Part shown: positions 1-10,147 of the stretch, piece by piece
How positions within the stretch are numbered: the stretch's first letter is position 1
How the letters are laid out: every line of letters starts with the position of its first letter
Origin: a virus
Strand: one strand, 5' to 3'
IMG/VR virus record: IMGVR_UViG_3300017605_000706
Span: 1-64,000 of that record
DNA length: 64,000 nucleotides
Program-made: the position numbers and the translations under genes
The notes under the pieces: model-generated
Told to the model about the DNA's origin: nothing
The model's database searches: none
What the model saw: only the letters and a program-made list of their open reading frames with translations

Positions 1-333
1 GCTTGACGCAGATCTGTACGACGTCGACACGAATCAACGCGTTGCTTCGGGTAGACTGATTGACCTCGTGATGAATTATTTTCACACGAGCGTGGCTGGT
101 ACGTATATCCTTGTACTTGATCCGGCTTGCGCTGAGATCGACCGTCTCACGGAAGAGAACAAGCTCCTCTGGGAAGAGCTGAATCTCAAGCGGCCGCTGG
201 CCGAGATCATGTTCAGCGATTCGATGCGTGCCTGGTTGGAGCGCGAGGCTCCCCGAGAAGTTCACCTGTTCATGGCCATGCGCGAGAAGCTGCGCGCGTA
301 CGACAAGGCGCGCGGCGCAGATTCCGACGAGGA

Positions 334-648
334 GTGAAAAAGATGACCGATACCACGATCGACGAATTGCTCTCGCGTTCGCCCCAATACGTGCGCGAAA
401 TGTACGAAGCCCTCAAGAAGGGAAACGTTTCACGCATGGAAGAGATCTACACCGTAGATCTCGCTCGGCGCCAGTTGCGGTCCGATCGGCTCGCCGATCT
501 TGAAGAAAAAGTAGCCGAATTTTGTGGCGTGTTGATCGCGCGACTCAGAGCTGCAGGTCAAGATCATAAATCTGATCACTACGCGCCAGTGCTTACGCGG
601 TTGTCTGACGTGGTAAGAATGATCCGCAATTCTCGTGAAGGGTTCTGA
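334..648 (+). CDS. hypothetical protein
   Basis: ORF overlaps the stop of the upstream ORF 68..337 (GTGA) in a co-directional run; predicted helical. Confidence 0.55.
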   Translation: MKKMTDTTIDELLSRSPQYVREMYEALKKGNVSRMEEIYTVDLARRQLRSDRLADLEEKVAEFCGVLIARLRAAGQDHKSDHYAPVLTRLSDVVRMIRNSREGF

Positions 649-651
649 ACC

Positions 652-1704
652 ATGGGCCGCAGGCTTTACCGAGTCCCTCTTGACTTTTCCTGGCCTCTCA
701 ACAAGACGTGGCAGGGCTTCCTCAACCCGCACTACGGCGAGTGCCACAAGTGCGTCGCCTGTGACGGCTCGGGCTACAGCCCCGAGGCCAAGCTATTCCG
801 CGATCAGTGGTACGGCAACGCGCCGTTCGATCCGGTCGCGTACGGCGCCAAGCTCTTGGCCGCCGACCACCCGAAGATCCGCGCGCTTGCTGTACGCAAC
901 GTCAAGAACGCGCCCGAGTACTACTTGACGCCTGCCGAACGTCGCGCTGAGAGAGACGCCCTCGCTCGAGCGAGCGCTGATCTCGAAGCGCTGCACAAGG
1001 ATCGCACCCTCGATCAGCTCAAGGCAGAACTTGACGCGCCTGCAGGTATCGAAGATCTGGAGCAGCCAGGCCTTGCGCGTTTCAGTGTTTATCGTGAGGC
1101 AGCGGTAAAGCGTGAGCAGCAGCGCCTCCTCGAGATGTGTTTCAGGAACCACTGGAGCAATAACCTGATCCAGGCCGACGTCGATGCCCTGGTCAAGGCA
1201 GATCGCCTTTACGAGTTCACACGTCGTCCTCGCAATGACGCTCAGCGCGCTGAGCTTGAGGCGTCAGGTAACCACTGGCTGTCGGAGTGGAACGGCTACA
1301 CGCCTACCGCCGAAGAGGTCAACGAGTGGTCCCTGGATGGGTTGGCGCACGACGGCATCAACGCAAACGTCTGCATCGAAGCGCGCTGCGAGCGAGAAGG
1401 CGTCCCCGATACGTGCCCCGTCTGTAACGGCAATGGCGAGCATTGGACCAGTCCTGAAGCCGAAGCGATCGCCGAGGCGTGGGAGCCTCAAGATCCGCCC
1501 AAGGGCGACGGCTACCAGCTCTGGGAGACGACCAGCGAAGGCTCGCCCATCTCGCCCGTGTTCGAGACTCTCGAAGCACTCTGTGACTACGCGGCTGAGT
1601 ACTGCACGACGTTTGGCAGCTTCACGGCTACCGTCGACGAGTGGCGCCAGATGCTCGACGCTGACTTTGTTCACGCCAAGCGCGGCAACGCGATTTTCAT
1701 GTGA
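652..1704 (+). CDS. conserved phage protein with split DnaJ-type Zn-finger motifs
   Basis: CVACDGSG and CPVCNGNG (CxxCxGxG) motifs; 350 aa ORF. Confidence 0.65.
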   Translation: MGRRLYRVPLDFSWPLNKTWQGFLNPHYGECHKCVACDGSGYSPEAKLFRDQWYGNAPFDPVAYGAKLLAADHPKIRALAVRNVKNAPEYYLTPAERRAERDALARASADLEALHKDRTLDQLKAELDAPAGIEDLEQPGLARFSVYREAAVKREQQRLLEMCFRNHWSNNLIQADVDALVKADRLYEFTRRPRNDAQRAELEASGNHWLSEWNGYTPTAEEVNEWSLDGLAHDGINANVCIEARCEREGVPDTCPVCNGNGEHWTSPEAEAIAEAWEPQDPPKGDGYQLWETTSEGSPISPVFETLEALCDYAAEYCTTFGSFTATVDEWRQMLDADFVHAKRGNAIFM

Positions 1705-1880
1705 AGCGGCGTGATCTTACTATCTGGACGAAGTTCCGTTACATATACGAGAATAATCGCGTAGGCGGCTTCGTCTGGATTGTCGACTCTGATTACGACT
1801 GGTCGACGCAAGAGAATCAGGGATCGACTGGCTGGGTGGCCGCGAAACTGGATCAAGACGTTATTGAGGAGCCTTAGGCC

Positions 1881-2381
1881 ATGCTGAAGCTGTGTGATTA
1901 CCGACCGGTTGCGTCTACAAAAGACGACGCGTTGGAATTCGGTCGTCTAATCGCGGACAGTAAAAACAAAGGCCTTGATCCTGGGAAGGATCCTGCGTGT
2001 GAAGCTCTTTACAGAAAACTGAATCCTGACTGGTTTCGCAACTGCGACTGCCCCATCTACCGTGGAATTCTGTGTTGCGCCGTGGCAAAGGGCGCTGTAG
2101 AGCTTCGCGCTAAGCGTTTCCAGGCAACTATCGTAGCCGCTGTCATTGTCGGCATAGGTTATCGACCCGAACCGATGAAGCTGCTCATACACTCGACAGA
2201 AAACCTTGAATCTGCTTTGGATTCGGCGTGGCCACAGATCTATGAAGCGGTTCGACACTATCCCAGAACCCTTGGACCGTACAGATCGGTGGACGGAATC
2301 CCGTGGGAAATCCACAATATCAGCGACGCGACTGATCGCAAGAACGCCGTTGAACAGTACCTGAACGAGAAATTACCTTGA
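1881..2381 (+). CDS. PWEIH-module family protein
   Basis: IYRG motif; C-terminal SVDGIPWEIHNISDATDRKNAVEQY; GAGGAG RBS. Confidence 0.75.
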   Translation: MLKLCDYRPVASTKDDALEFGRLIADSKNKGLDPGKDPACEALYRKLNPDWFRNCDCPIYRGILCCAVAKGAVELRAKRFQATIVAAVIVGIGYRPEPMKLLIHSTENLESALDSAWPQIYEAVRHYPRTLGPYRSVDGIPWEIHNISDATDRKNAVEQYLNEKLP

Positions 2382-2785
2382 CTACTAAGAGTAACTACAT
2401 CGCAGCTCGCCGCGCCGCGCTTGCCGCTGCGACTCAATACGGCGCAGCTTTGGGGCAGGATCTAGACGCGAACGATCTACACGTCAAGCTCGAAGCCGCC
2501 CAACTGGCGCAGAGAGTGGCGTTCGAGGCGTGGGATCCCACCGCGTTTCGGGTGTTCACTGCGTGGGAGGTTTACGCCGACGCGTACCACGACGCAGCGG
2601 ACACCTTGGAGCCTCTTTCTGTGGATGCGACAGCAGACGAAGTCACTGCCATGATCTCGTTGATCAAGAGTGATCCGAGTGCAGCTGCGGCGCGGCAAAA
2701 GTACGAAGAAGCCGTCGCTGCAGCTGGCGGGCGCACTATCGAAGTGATCCGCGAACTGATGACAACGGAAGACGAAGGTAAGTGA
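2378..2785 (+). CDS. hypothetical Ala-rich protein
   Basis: coupled ORF in operon. Confidence 0.55.
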   Translation: MTTKSNYIAARRAALAAATQYGAALGQDLDANDLHVKLEAAQLAQRVAFEAWDPTAFRVFTAWEVYADAYHDAADTLEPLSVDATADEVTAMISLIKSDPSAAAARQKYEEAVAAAGGRTIEVIRELMTTEDEGK

Positions 2786-2961
2786 AGCCCTGGAAACGCG
2801 TGGTTCACGCCATTATCGGCTTGGTCTTGATCGGGCGGACCCTCGCGGTGCTGGTCGCCTTAGACCACGGCAACTGGAACGGATCGCGTCAGGATGGTGC
2901 AATCATGCTGCTAGCCATTGCTGTCTGGATCTTGCTCGACCGCAAGAAAGATGTTGAGTGA
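2782..2961 (+). CDS. small membrane protein (59 aa, below ORF-track cutoff)
   Basis: GTG overlapping the upstream stop, two hydrophobic segments, stop abuts the ligase ATG. Confidence 0.5.
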   Translation: MKPWKRVVHAIIGLVLIGRTLAVLVALDHGNWNGSRQDGAIMLLAIAVWILLDRKKDVE

Positions 2962-4077
2962 ATGCCACACCTGAAGAATTTCATCGCTGAAAACCCGTCC
3001 GACTGGCTCCCCAAGCTCGTCGAGACGTACAAGATCGACGCCGTTACTGCCGGTGACTTGGTCTCGCTCAAGTACGACCAGATCAACTCGCCGATGGCCG
3101 ATCCGATCGTCCAAGAATGCCGTGGAGTGATCGTCCACGTCCCAACCGGCGCCGTGTTGGCGCATCCCTACAACAAGTTCTGGAATCACGGCGAGCACCT
3201 GGCCGCAACGATCGACTGGTCGACTGCGCGCGTTCAAGACAAGCTCGATGGATCCTTGATGATCTTGTACTGGCACCCAGCGAACGGCGCTTGGCAAGTC
3301 GCCTCGAGCGGCAACCCTATCGCAGGCGGGCGTTTGGGCAAGCTCTCTTCGTCGTTTGCCGAAGCCTTCTGGGATACGTGGCGAACCCTGCGCATGACCC
3401 TACCGCGCATTCTGTTTCGGCGCGCTACGCTTATGTTCGAGTTCTGCAGCCCTGAAAACAGGGTTGTCTGCAGGTACCCCACACCGAGGATCGTTCTTCA
3501 CGGCGCTCGTTGGCTCGACGGCGAGCATGAGTTTTCTCGCGGTGACCTTATGGTGCTGGCAGACGAGATCGGCGCAGAGCTAATCCGTGAATGGCGCCTC
3601 AATGACCCTGCACTCGCGCTTCAGGACGCCGCTGCATTGGACCCAACGACACACGAAGGCTTCGTTGTCGTCGATGACTACTTCAACCGAGTCAAGATCA
3701 AGAGCCCGCGCTACGTCGCGCTTCACCACCTCAAGGGCAACGGTGCTGCGACAACTCGTCGAGCGATCGCCCTCTGGAAAGCCGGCGAAGTGGGCGAGCT
3801 GCTCGCGCACTTTCCCGAGCTGGTCCCAGATGTTCAGCCGGTGATCGACACGCTCTCTCTTGCTGCGGAAGCCGCTTACCAGCTTTGGCGTAGCGCCAGC
3901 GAGACGAGCGCTACCCGTAAAGACTTCGCGCTCGCCGTCAAAGACTCGCCTGTCGCGTCGGTCTGTTTCAAGCTGTACTCTCACGAAGCTCCGTCGCTGG
4001 ACGCAGCGCTCAGTATCCTACGAGACCTGAGCCTGGTTACGCTTGAGCAGCTCGTAGAGACTTTGACACGAAAGTAG
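2962..4077 (+). CDS. RNA ligase, T4 Rnl1-like
   Basis: ECRG, PYNKFWN, motif I KLDGSL, FEF, motif IV EGFVV, motif V KIKS. Confidence 0.85.
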   Translation: MPHLKNFIAENPSDWLPKLVETYKIDAVTAGDLVSLKYDQINSPMADPIVQECRGVIVHVPTGAVLAHPYNKFWNHGEHLAATIDWSTARVQDKLDGSLMILYWHPANGAWQVASSGNPIAGGRLGKLSSSFAEAFWDTWRTLRMTLPRILFRRATLMFEFCSPENRVVCRYPTPRIVLHGARWLDGEHEFSRGDLMVLADEIGAELIREWRLNDPALALQDAAALDPTTHEGFVVVDDYFNRVKIKSPRYVALHHLKGNGAATTRRAIALWKAGEVGELLAHFPELVPDVQPVIDTLSLAAEAAYQLWRSASETSATRKDFALAVKDSPVASVCFKLYSHEAPSLDAALSILRDLSLVTLEQLVETLTRK

Positions 4078-4081
4078 CCAC

Positions 4082-4864
4082 ATGACCGACGAGGAAATTA
4101 ACAAGTTCGAAGCGCTGCTGAAGGCAGCCACTCCGCAAAAGTGCGTCATCGCAAAAGGCGACCCACCCCGATGCTGTGTTCATGACGTGCTGACAGATTG
4201 GGAGGACGGCGACTGGCGTTGCCCCTACGGCGATACGCGATACTTTATCCCGGAGCGAGATCGGCCGCTACTTCGCACCACCCGTATCTACGGTCCTCGC
4301 CTAATTCAGGAGATCCGACGGCTGCGTAAGCCGTACCAGGAAGCGCTCTCGGCTGTCGCCGATCAGATCTGCGACGCGTCAGCGAAGAAGCTCGTTGAGA
4401 TCACTGCCGAGCGCGACGCCTTGCGTGTCGAGGTTGAACAGCTTCGTGAGGATGAACGGATGCTATTCCCGCATGAACGTCTGGACGTGATGCGGTCCGA
4501 GAACAAGATACTACGCGACGAAGTAGATCGGCTCAAGCACAGCCTAAAGATGGCGCGCTACGACCATGTCAACGACAAGGCGCTCGATACTCAGCGTGAA
4601 CGCTACGAGAAGGCACAAGAAGAGATCGAGACGACGGATAAGCGGCTCGGCGCATACTTCGACGACGCCATTAAGGACATTGACCAACTCCGTCGTGAAC
4701 GCGACGGTGCGTGCGGGCACCTTGCGGCATGTACCGCAGAGCGCGATGCGGCTCGGCAGATCGCACGTGAATTTCATCGCTACGTGCCAAGGCACAACAC
4801 GTCAGACCCAGAGTTCCCGTGCGATTGCGCCGCCTGTGACCCGCCAGACTGGCTAAAAGGCTGA
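4082..4864 (+). CDS. Ead/Ea22-like coiled-coil protein (paralog 1)
   Basis: MTDEEINKFEALLKAATP start, coiled coil, PPDWL end shared with 5085..5663. Confidence 0.6.
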   Translation: MTDEEINKFEALLKAATPQKCVIAKGDPPRCCVHDVLTDWEDGDWRCPYGDTRYFIPERDRPLLRTTRIYGPRLIQEIRRLRKPYQEALSAVADQICDASAKKLVEITAERDALRVEVEQLREDERMLFPHERLDVMRSENKILRDEVDRLKHSLKMARYDHVNDKALDTQRERYEKAQEEIETTDKRLGAYFDDAIKDIDQLRRERDGACGHLAACTAERDAARQIAREFHRYVPRHNTSDPEFPCDCAACDPPDWLKG

Positions 4865-4871
4865 AAACCAC

Positions 4872-5078
4872 ATGAAAGTATCCGGCGTTAACCATTGGGT
4901 CGGAAAGCCCATTCCGCCTCATCTTCAAGGCCAAGGCCCTTTCGAACTGTCGTTGGAAGACTTCGAGTCATTGACCCTGTACTATGACGTCATGCTTCGG
5001 CGTATCTCAACGCCTGGTGAAGACACCGAGTTTCACATCTTCCTCGACGACAGGGGACGGTCGTTTCGCCAGAGGTAA
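4872..5078 (+). CDS. hypothetical protein
   Basis: fills the gap between the two paralogs. Confidence 0.5.
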   Translation: MKVSGVNHWVGKPIPPHLQGQGPFELSLEDFESLTLYYDVMLRRISTPGEDTEFHIFLDDRGRSFRQR

Positions 5079-5084
5079 AAAACT

Positions 5085-5663
5085 ATGACCGACGAAGAGA
5101 TCAACAAGCTCGAGGCGTTGGTTGCCGCGGCGACGCCGACTGAACGAGAAGACTGCGGCCCACCTCTGTGCCCGCGCTGCAAGAGCGAGTGGACGCTCGA
5201 CGCGGGCATGGAAATCCCGGAGCACCGTCATTGCTGGCTGTGCGCGACCGCGGTTCTTGACGAAGCCCTCCCAGCCATGGCAGCTCTGGTCGCCGAGGTG
5301 CGCCGGCTGAGCACGACGCAGTGCCGCGAATGCGGCGCCCGGCTCCTCTTCTCGGCGCGGAAACAGGGTGACGGCCTGTGCGGACCGTGCCACCGCCGCG
5401 CGGCGGGCACCCAGACCGAGGCCGACATCGAGCGCGACGACCTGCGAGCTGAGATCGAGCGGTTGCGAGTCGAGGCCGTTGAAAGTCGAGCCAACGCGAT
5501 CCAGGCCGAGGCAGTATTTGACGAGGCGGCCAGGAGACTGGAGGCCGAGCGCGCCGAAGCTAGACGGATCGCGCGGCAGTACCACGCTGCCTGGGAGGCC
5601 GAGACTGCGCTGTTCCCGCCGCGCATCGACGGCGGCCCACCAGACTGGCTGGTGAAGCCATGA
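5085..5663 (+). CDS. Ead/Ea22-like protein with CxxC pairs (paralog 2)
   Basis: MTDEEINKLEALVAAATP start, four CxxC, PPDWL end. Confidence 0.6.
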   Translation: MTDEEINKLEALVAAATPTEREDCGPPLCPRCKSEWTLDAGMEIPEHRHCWLCATAVLDEALPAMAALVAEVRRLSTTQCRECGARLLFSARKQGDGLCGPCHRRAAGTQTEADIERDDLRAEIERLRVEAVESRANAIQAEAVFDEAARRLEAERAEARRIARQYHAAWEAETALFPPRIDGGPPDWLVKP

Positions 5664-5811
5664 ACAAGAAACCCAAGTCTCGAGAGCAAGTCGCCGCAGA
5701 TAAGCTGCTGAAGCTGGGAGCTACTCATAGCATCGTCGGCTGGCGGCAAGACGGCATCTTTCTCGCCAAGTCAGCCACCGAAGCGCTGCGTATTCTTAAC
5801 GGAAATTAGCC

Positions 5812-6027
5812 ATGACAATCGACATCGAGATCACGGCAAAGAAGTGCTACGACGCCTATCGGGATCAGCGCATCAACCACGAAGAAGACGGCGCCGACCC
5901 CTACGAAGTAGGCCTCCCCGACTGGAACGATCTCCCTGATTACAAGCGGGACCGCTTCCGAGCCGCTGCACGCGCGGCCTACGCAGCCATCGCCAAGCAG
6001 ATTATGCAGATCGCGAACGAGCCCTAG
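5812..6027 (+). CDS. hypothetical protein
   Basis: last ORF of the plus-strand run. Confidence 0.5.
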   Translation: MTIDIEITAKKCYDAYRDQRINHEEDGADPYEVGLPDWNDLPDYKRDRFRAAARAAYAAIAKQIMQIANEP

Positions 6028-6245
6028 GCAGCCTCGTCCAGCCAAACGATCTGTGTATCACCACCGTGTCCGTGCACGGCCTCAAGCTCTTTCACCGACG
6101 TCCAGATGCTCACGCATCGATAGGGCGTCATCCATGTTACGGCGCACATACCGTTAGAGAACTCGCAGCCTTCGGCGACCACGCCCGTCCCGCTAACGCC
6201 GCTGTGGTCCTTTTCGCGCTGCAGGTGAAATCGTCGGATGTTCAT
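6024..6245 (-). CDS. conserved small phage protein
   Basis: D.SGVSGTGVVAEG..F..G...HGHGG pattern recalled from phage hypotheticals. Confidence 0.65.
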   Translation of the reverse strand: MNIRRFHLQREKDHSGVSGTGVVAEGCEFSNGMCAVTWMTPYRCVSIWTSVKELEAVHGHGGDTQIVWLDEAA

Positions 6246-6269
6246 AGATTGCTTTTCCAGCCGCGCAGT

Positions 6270-6659
6270 CTATCGAATTCGATGCGCCTTGTATACGTCT
6301 GTCGCGATCTTGCGCGTTTCAGGATCATCGATGTCGTGGATCTCCCACGGCAAGTCGTCGAACGGCTCAATTTGATCCGCGTCTGAGTACGTAAGCCGCC
6401 ACGGGATCCCGTCCGCGTTGCGCCAGTTCGCGTCTGCCCATTCAGTCAGCTCAAACACGCTCATCTCGGGCGCTGACACTAGCCGAGGCTCCTCGAACAA
6501 GCACACCCAATGGGGATAAAGATCGCGACGGCGCGTTCTTAGGAGCGGCAGATACCCCAATATGACCACGTGATTCGGCGACCGCACCGTACCGATACGA
6601 ACGCCTCGGTACTTATACGTCACACGTAAGCGGTCGGTTAAACACGGTGCGTGTGCCAT
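6270..6659 (-). CDS. PWEIH-module family protein (module partly duplicated)
   Basis: KYRG; ADGIPWRL followed by FDDLPWEIHDIDDPETRKIA. Confidence 0.7.
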   Translation of the reverse strand: MAHAPCLTDRLRVTYKYRGVRIGTVRSPNHVVILGYLPLLRTRRRDLYPHWVCLFEEPRLVSAPEMSVFELTEWADANWRNADGIPWRLTYSDADQIEPFDDLPWEIHDIDDPETRKIATDVYKAHRIR

Positions 6660-6970
6660 GCGGCCATCGCGATATTTCGCGCCTCTTTGTCAACGATCCG
6701 ATGGATCTCCCACGGAACTCCGTCCGCAGAAATCACCCCCTCTAACCATTCAGGGCTATCGAACCCGTACTTCTGAAGATGCGCATCAAGTTCCCTGTAA
6801 GCGTTCTCAGCAAACTCAGGGCTGTTCATCTTGTCAAGTAGCAGATCGGGAAGCTCCGTGTACTGGTCCTCGTGTACGCTCGTGGCGATGATCCGTGTCC
6901 ACCCACTGCGATGGACGTACAGTGTGAAGCCTCTGTAGACCAGCGTCCTAGCGGTTGAGTTGGAAAGCAC
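6638..6970 (-). CDS. PWEIH-module family protein (start uncertain; ORF open to 7051)
   Basis: VYRG; SADGVPWEIHRIVDKEARNIA. Confidence 0.7.
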   Translation of the reverse strand: MLSNSTARTLVYRGFTLYVHRSGWTRIIATSVHEDQYTELPDLLLDKMNSPEFAENAYRELDAHLQKYGFDSPEWLEGVISADGVPWEIHRIVDKEARNIAMAAWHTHRV

Positions 6971-7256
6971 TGATCGCTTCTTGTCGTGCTTCGGGGTCGT
7001 CGATATCGTGAAGCTCCCATGGGATACCGTCAACGGCGCGTAACGAAACACTTCGACGCCGCGCGTTCTTCACGTTCCCCCAACGCGCGTCGATCACTTC
7101 TCGCATGTCGGCTGGTAGGTCGCTGCCAGAAAGCGTGAACGACGCCAGCAGAACGCGCGTGCTACGATCCGAGTAGGCGTACAGATCTAGAAGCGTCACG
7201 TCCTCTTCGAACCAGACGCCTCGATATTCGCCCTGCTGCAGCCCCTGCATGTTCAC
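6948..7256 (-). CDS. PWEIH-module family protein
   Basis: EYRG; AVDGIPWELHDIDDPEARQEAISAF. Confidence 0.75.
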   Translation of the reverse strand: MNMQGLQQGEYRGVWFEEDVTLLDLYAYSDRSTRVLLASFTLSGSDLPADMREVIDARWGNVKNARRRSVSLRAVDGIPWELHDIDDPEARQEAISAFQLNR

Positions 7257-7264
7257 GAGGGGCC

Positions 7265-7537
7265 TTACTTCACCCAGGCGCGCGTCTTACCTTCAGCCAG
7301 GAGTTTCTCTCGACGCTTCTCGCGCCAAGCGTCGCCGAGTGCGGGATGCGGATCGAGGACGTCCGCGTCTAGGTTGGAATGGCCATTGTCAGAATCCGCA
7401 TCGTAGAAGTATCCATGAAAATCGGTCACTGCTTGCAGCGCGGGCGAGCCGCAGCAGCCACACCCGGCGATCGCGATCCCGTACTTGGCCGACAACGCAG
7501 TCAGCTCTTTCATGAACTCGTCGAAATTAGCGTTCAT
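7265..7537 (-). CDS. hypothetical protein with GCGCCGSP motif
   Basis: LTALSAKYGIAIAGCGCCGSP. Confidence 0.6.
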   Translation of the reverse strand: MNANFDEFMKELTALSAKYGIAIAGCGCCGSPALQAVTDFHGYFYDADSDNGHSNLDADVLDPHPALGDAWREKRREKLLAEGKTRAWVK

Positions 7538-8048
7538 TGGCCTGCCTTTCTGAACACGCGCAGCCCGTGGCGCACGAGAGCCACCTCGTCTTCACGCCAG
7601 TCGCCATCATGAATCGCGTCTTCGGCCATGACGCGAAGAAGCGCCATCGGCGTACCGCCGATCAGACGATCCGTAAGATCTTCACCGTACCTGACGACGG
7701 CAAGCGCGCGCAAAGACGAACGCGCAGATTCGATTTCTTCTTGGGTAGGCTTCATAGTTCCTACTTTGACGGCTTCGCGCCTGAAATGTTCAGCGCGATC
7801 TTGTCCTCAAGCTCCGGCGGGTTTTCCACCGGTTGCCGTCCCCACCAGCGCCCGATGCTCGCGCAGAGCATTGTACGTGCCTTGGCTGTCGGCAACATCT
7901 GGTAGATATCGTATCGCCACGAAACCTCTTCGGGCTTGGCGTTCTTGTGCTTGCTATTGCCGTGACGTAGCCGGCGAAGAAGGCTGGCAACCTCGTCGGG
8001 GTGCCTCGTTAGCGCCTCTCGATACGTCAAGTCACAGAGCTTCATGCA

Positions 8049-8492
8049 TCACACTACAACACCTAGCGCCGTCTCCGCGAATTTACGAATCAAGGCGCGT
8101 TTCTTCTTGCAGTCTTTGACGTAGAAATCTCTGTTGGCGTCATTGTCCCAGCAAGACGGATTGGCGATGAAATCTGCGAGGGAGGCCGCGCGATCACGGA
8201 CGCGTCTGAGAATCAGACGCTGCTCTCCTCGCCATAGCATGTCGGCCTCGAGCGCCTTGTGCAGATATGGGACCGGCCCTAGCTTGCACATAGAAGCCAG
8301 GACGCGTTTCCGCGTCTTCGCGTCGCTTGACACAGACAACGCGTCTTCTAACTGGGCACGGCTCTTCTTGAGAGTCTTGGCCCACTTCTCAACGGCCTCA
8401 CACCACAAGGAAGACGCGATCGAATTGATCATCAACGCGTCACCGACGTCCTTGGGGACGCCGACAAAGTAGTTAACGCCGTCGGTTTTCAT
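8049..8492 (-). CDS. hypothetical protein
   Basis: coupled ORF in a minus-strand run that also includes 7534..7755 and 7761..8045. Confidence 0.5.
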   Translation of the reverse strand: MKTDGVNYFVGVPKDVGDALMINSIASSLWCEAVEKWAKTLKKSRAQLEDALSVSSDAKTRKRVLASMCKLGPVPYLHKALEADMLWRGEQRLILRRVRDRAASLADFIANPSCWDNDANRDFYVKDCKKKRALIRKFAETALGVVV

Positions 8493-8920
8493 GCGACGTC
8501 CAGAGACTTCTGCTGCCTGGCACGAAGCTTAGCTGCTTCTGAGACAGCGGTGATAGCGTCCCCGAGATCAGGATAGTCGGCGGCCAACTCACACACACGA
8601 TTCAGGTCTCTTTTCGAGAGTGTCCCGCCGATCATGTAGGTGATCACCTCAAGCGCCCATCCGGGCTCTTGACCGGTCTCCTTGCACACAGAAGCCCAGA
8701 CTTTGCCCAGCGTACTGGTCGCCCTATTCAAGCGGTATGCTACCACGTTAGGAATATCTGGCAGGTCTCGGCAACCGCTCGCCACGAGCGCCTGCTCAAG
8801 GCGCTCGTGCGCGCCTGATACGTCGTTTGCCTTACCTGCGTCTCGGCGTTTAAGTTCACGCGCCAGGGCACGCGCAGCAGCAGTTACAGGATCCAGCGGC
8901 ATCTTTTTGGGTCGTGGCAT
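8489..8920 (-). CDS. hypothetical protein, possibly DNA-binding
   Basis: basic MPRPKK start; helical. Confidence 0.5.
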   Translation of the reverse strand: MPRPKKMPLDPVTAAARALARELKRRDAGKANDVSGAHERLEQALVASGCRDLPDIPNVVAYRLNRATSTLGKVWASVCKETGQEPGWALEVITYMIGGTLSKRDLNRVCELAADYPDLGDAITAVSEAAKLRARQQKSLDVA

Positions 8921-9066
8921 GATCCTACGACGGCCCGCCCGCCCACAAATTCAAAAACTGTGTGGGGGCGTCCTCTCAGGAATCAGGGCCCTGACTCGAC
9001 TAAGAGGACGCCATGGGCGGCTTGTCCAGCCAAGACCCACCGCCATGCGAAGATCATAGCATGGAT

Positions 9067-9429
9067 CTACTTACCGCGCAAGCGATTTGCTTTCTCACAC
9101 TCGTTCGCGAAAGCCCTGAGATCAATAGCCATTTCACGCGTAGCGCCGTCGTTGACGCCCGCGATGGCATCGATCATCGCCGCCCACGCCCTGACCGCGT
9201 CGACAGGCCACGCCGAGATCTCAGCGCCCAGATTCGCCACAGCGTGCGCCATCGCAGGCACTGACGCGCGGATCAGACCCTTGAGATCTACCGTCTCTGG
9301 CGGCAGCTGGCACGCCCTCGCAAGGTCAAGATCCGCCGCTAGCTTGGCCGAGCGCTGGCGTTCCTCAGCCAGCGAGGCTCGCATCGCATCGTAGTCGTCC
9401 AGAGAAAGTGAAATTACCGGGCTACCCAT
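9067..9429 (-). CDS. hypothetical protein
   Basis: ORF in minus-strand run. Confidence 0.5.
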   Translation of the reverse strand: MGSPVISLSLDDYDAMRASLAEERQRSAKLAADLDLARACQLPPETVDLKGLIRASVPAMAHAVANLGAEISAWPVDAVRAWAAMIDAIAGVNDGATREMAIDLRAFANECEKANRLRGK

Positions 9430-10147
9430 ACTCTGTAGCTAACCACAGAGGTATGATCCGTCAATTATCCGATCCGAGAACCTTAACTGCGCTCAGGCAC
9501 GCATGGCACGTGCACTTGCCCGACAGCGCCGTTCTCTTGTGATGCGCGTCGATCATATCACTGAGCGCACCGCGGATCTCCTCCGTCTTGTCACGCAGGA
9601 GATCTCCTAGCAGCTCCGTGATCGCGCTGATCGCGCGGGATACCTCACGCTCGTCGCTGTCTCGACTGAACACGGGCTCGCACAGTGCGATGATCGACTC
9701 CACCGGCCAATCAGCGCTGACCTCGATCTTCTCAGCTTGACGGTCTAGCCGCATGACCATAAGAGGCTCGTAGAATCTTCTAGGGTTACCCGACATCGCA
9801 ACTCCTATACTATAGGGTCGGCCTGACACTAGACGCACGTACCGACTGAGAATTCGGCGCGTCAATCGATACCCCCGATCGGCCAGGGCTGATCGCGAAG
9901 ATGTCGACCTGATCGATCCCTGCTCCGATCAGCTCAACGAGTTGCACGATATCCGTAAGCGCCACTGAACCTGTGACTACGATCACCGACCGTTCGGAGC
10001 CGCACTCCACAGATGTGGCTGCCGGTCCCCAGATGTCCCTTACGACAGTCAACAGGTTACGGCTCGTCATACGTTTTACGAGCGTAGCAGGGGTTACAGG
10101 GATTACACCATAGCCGCTGTAGGGTGAACCCTGTTAACTGCCTTCAG

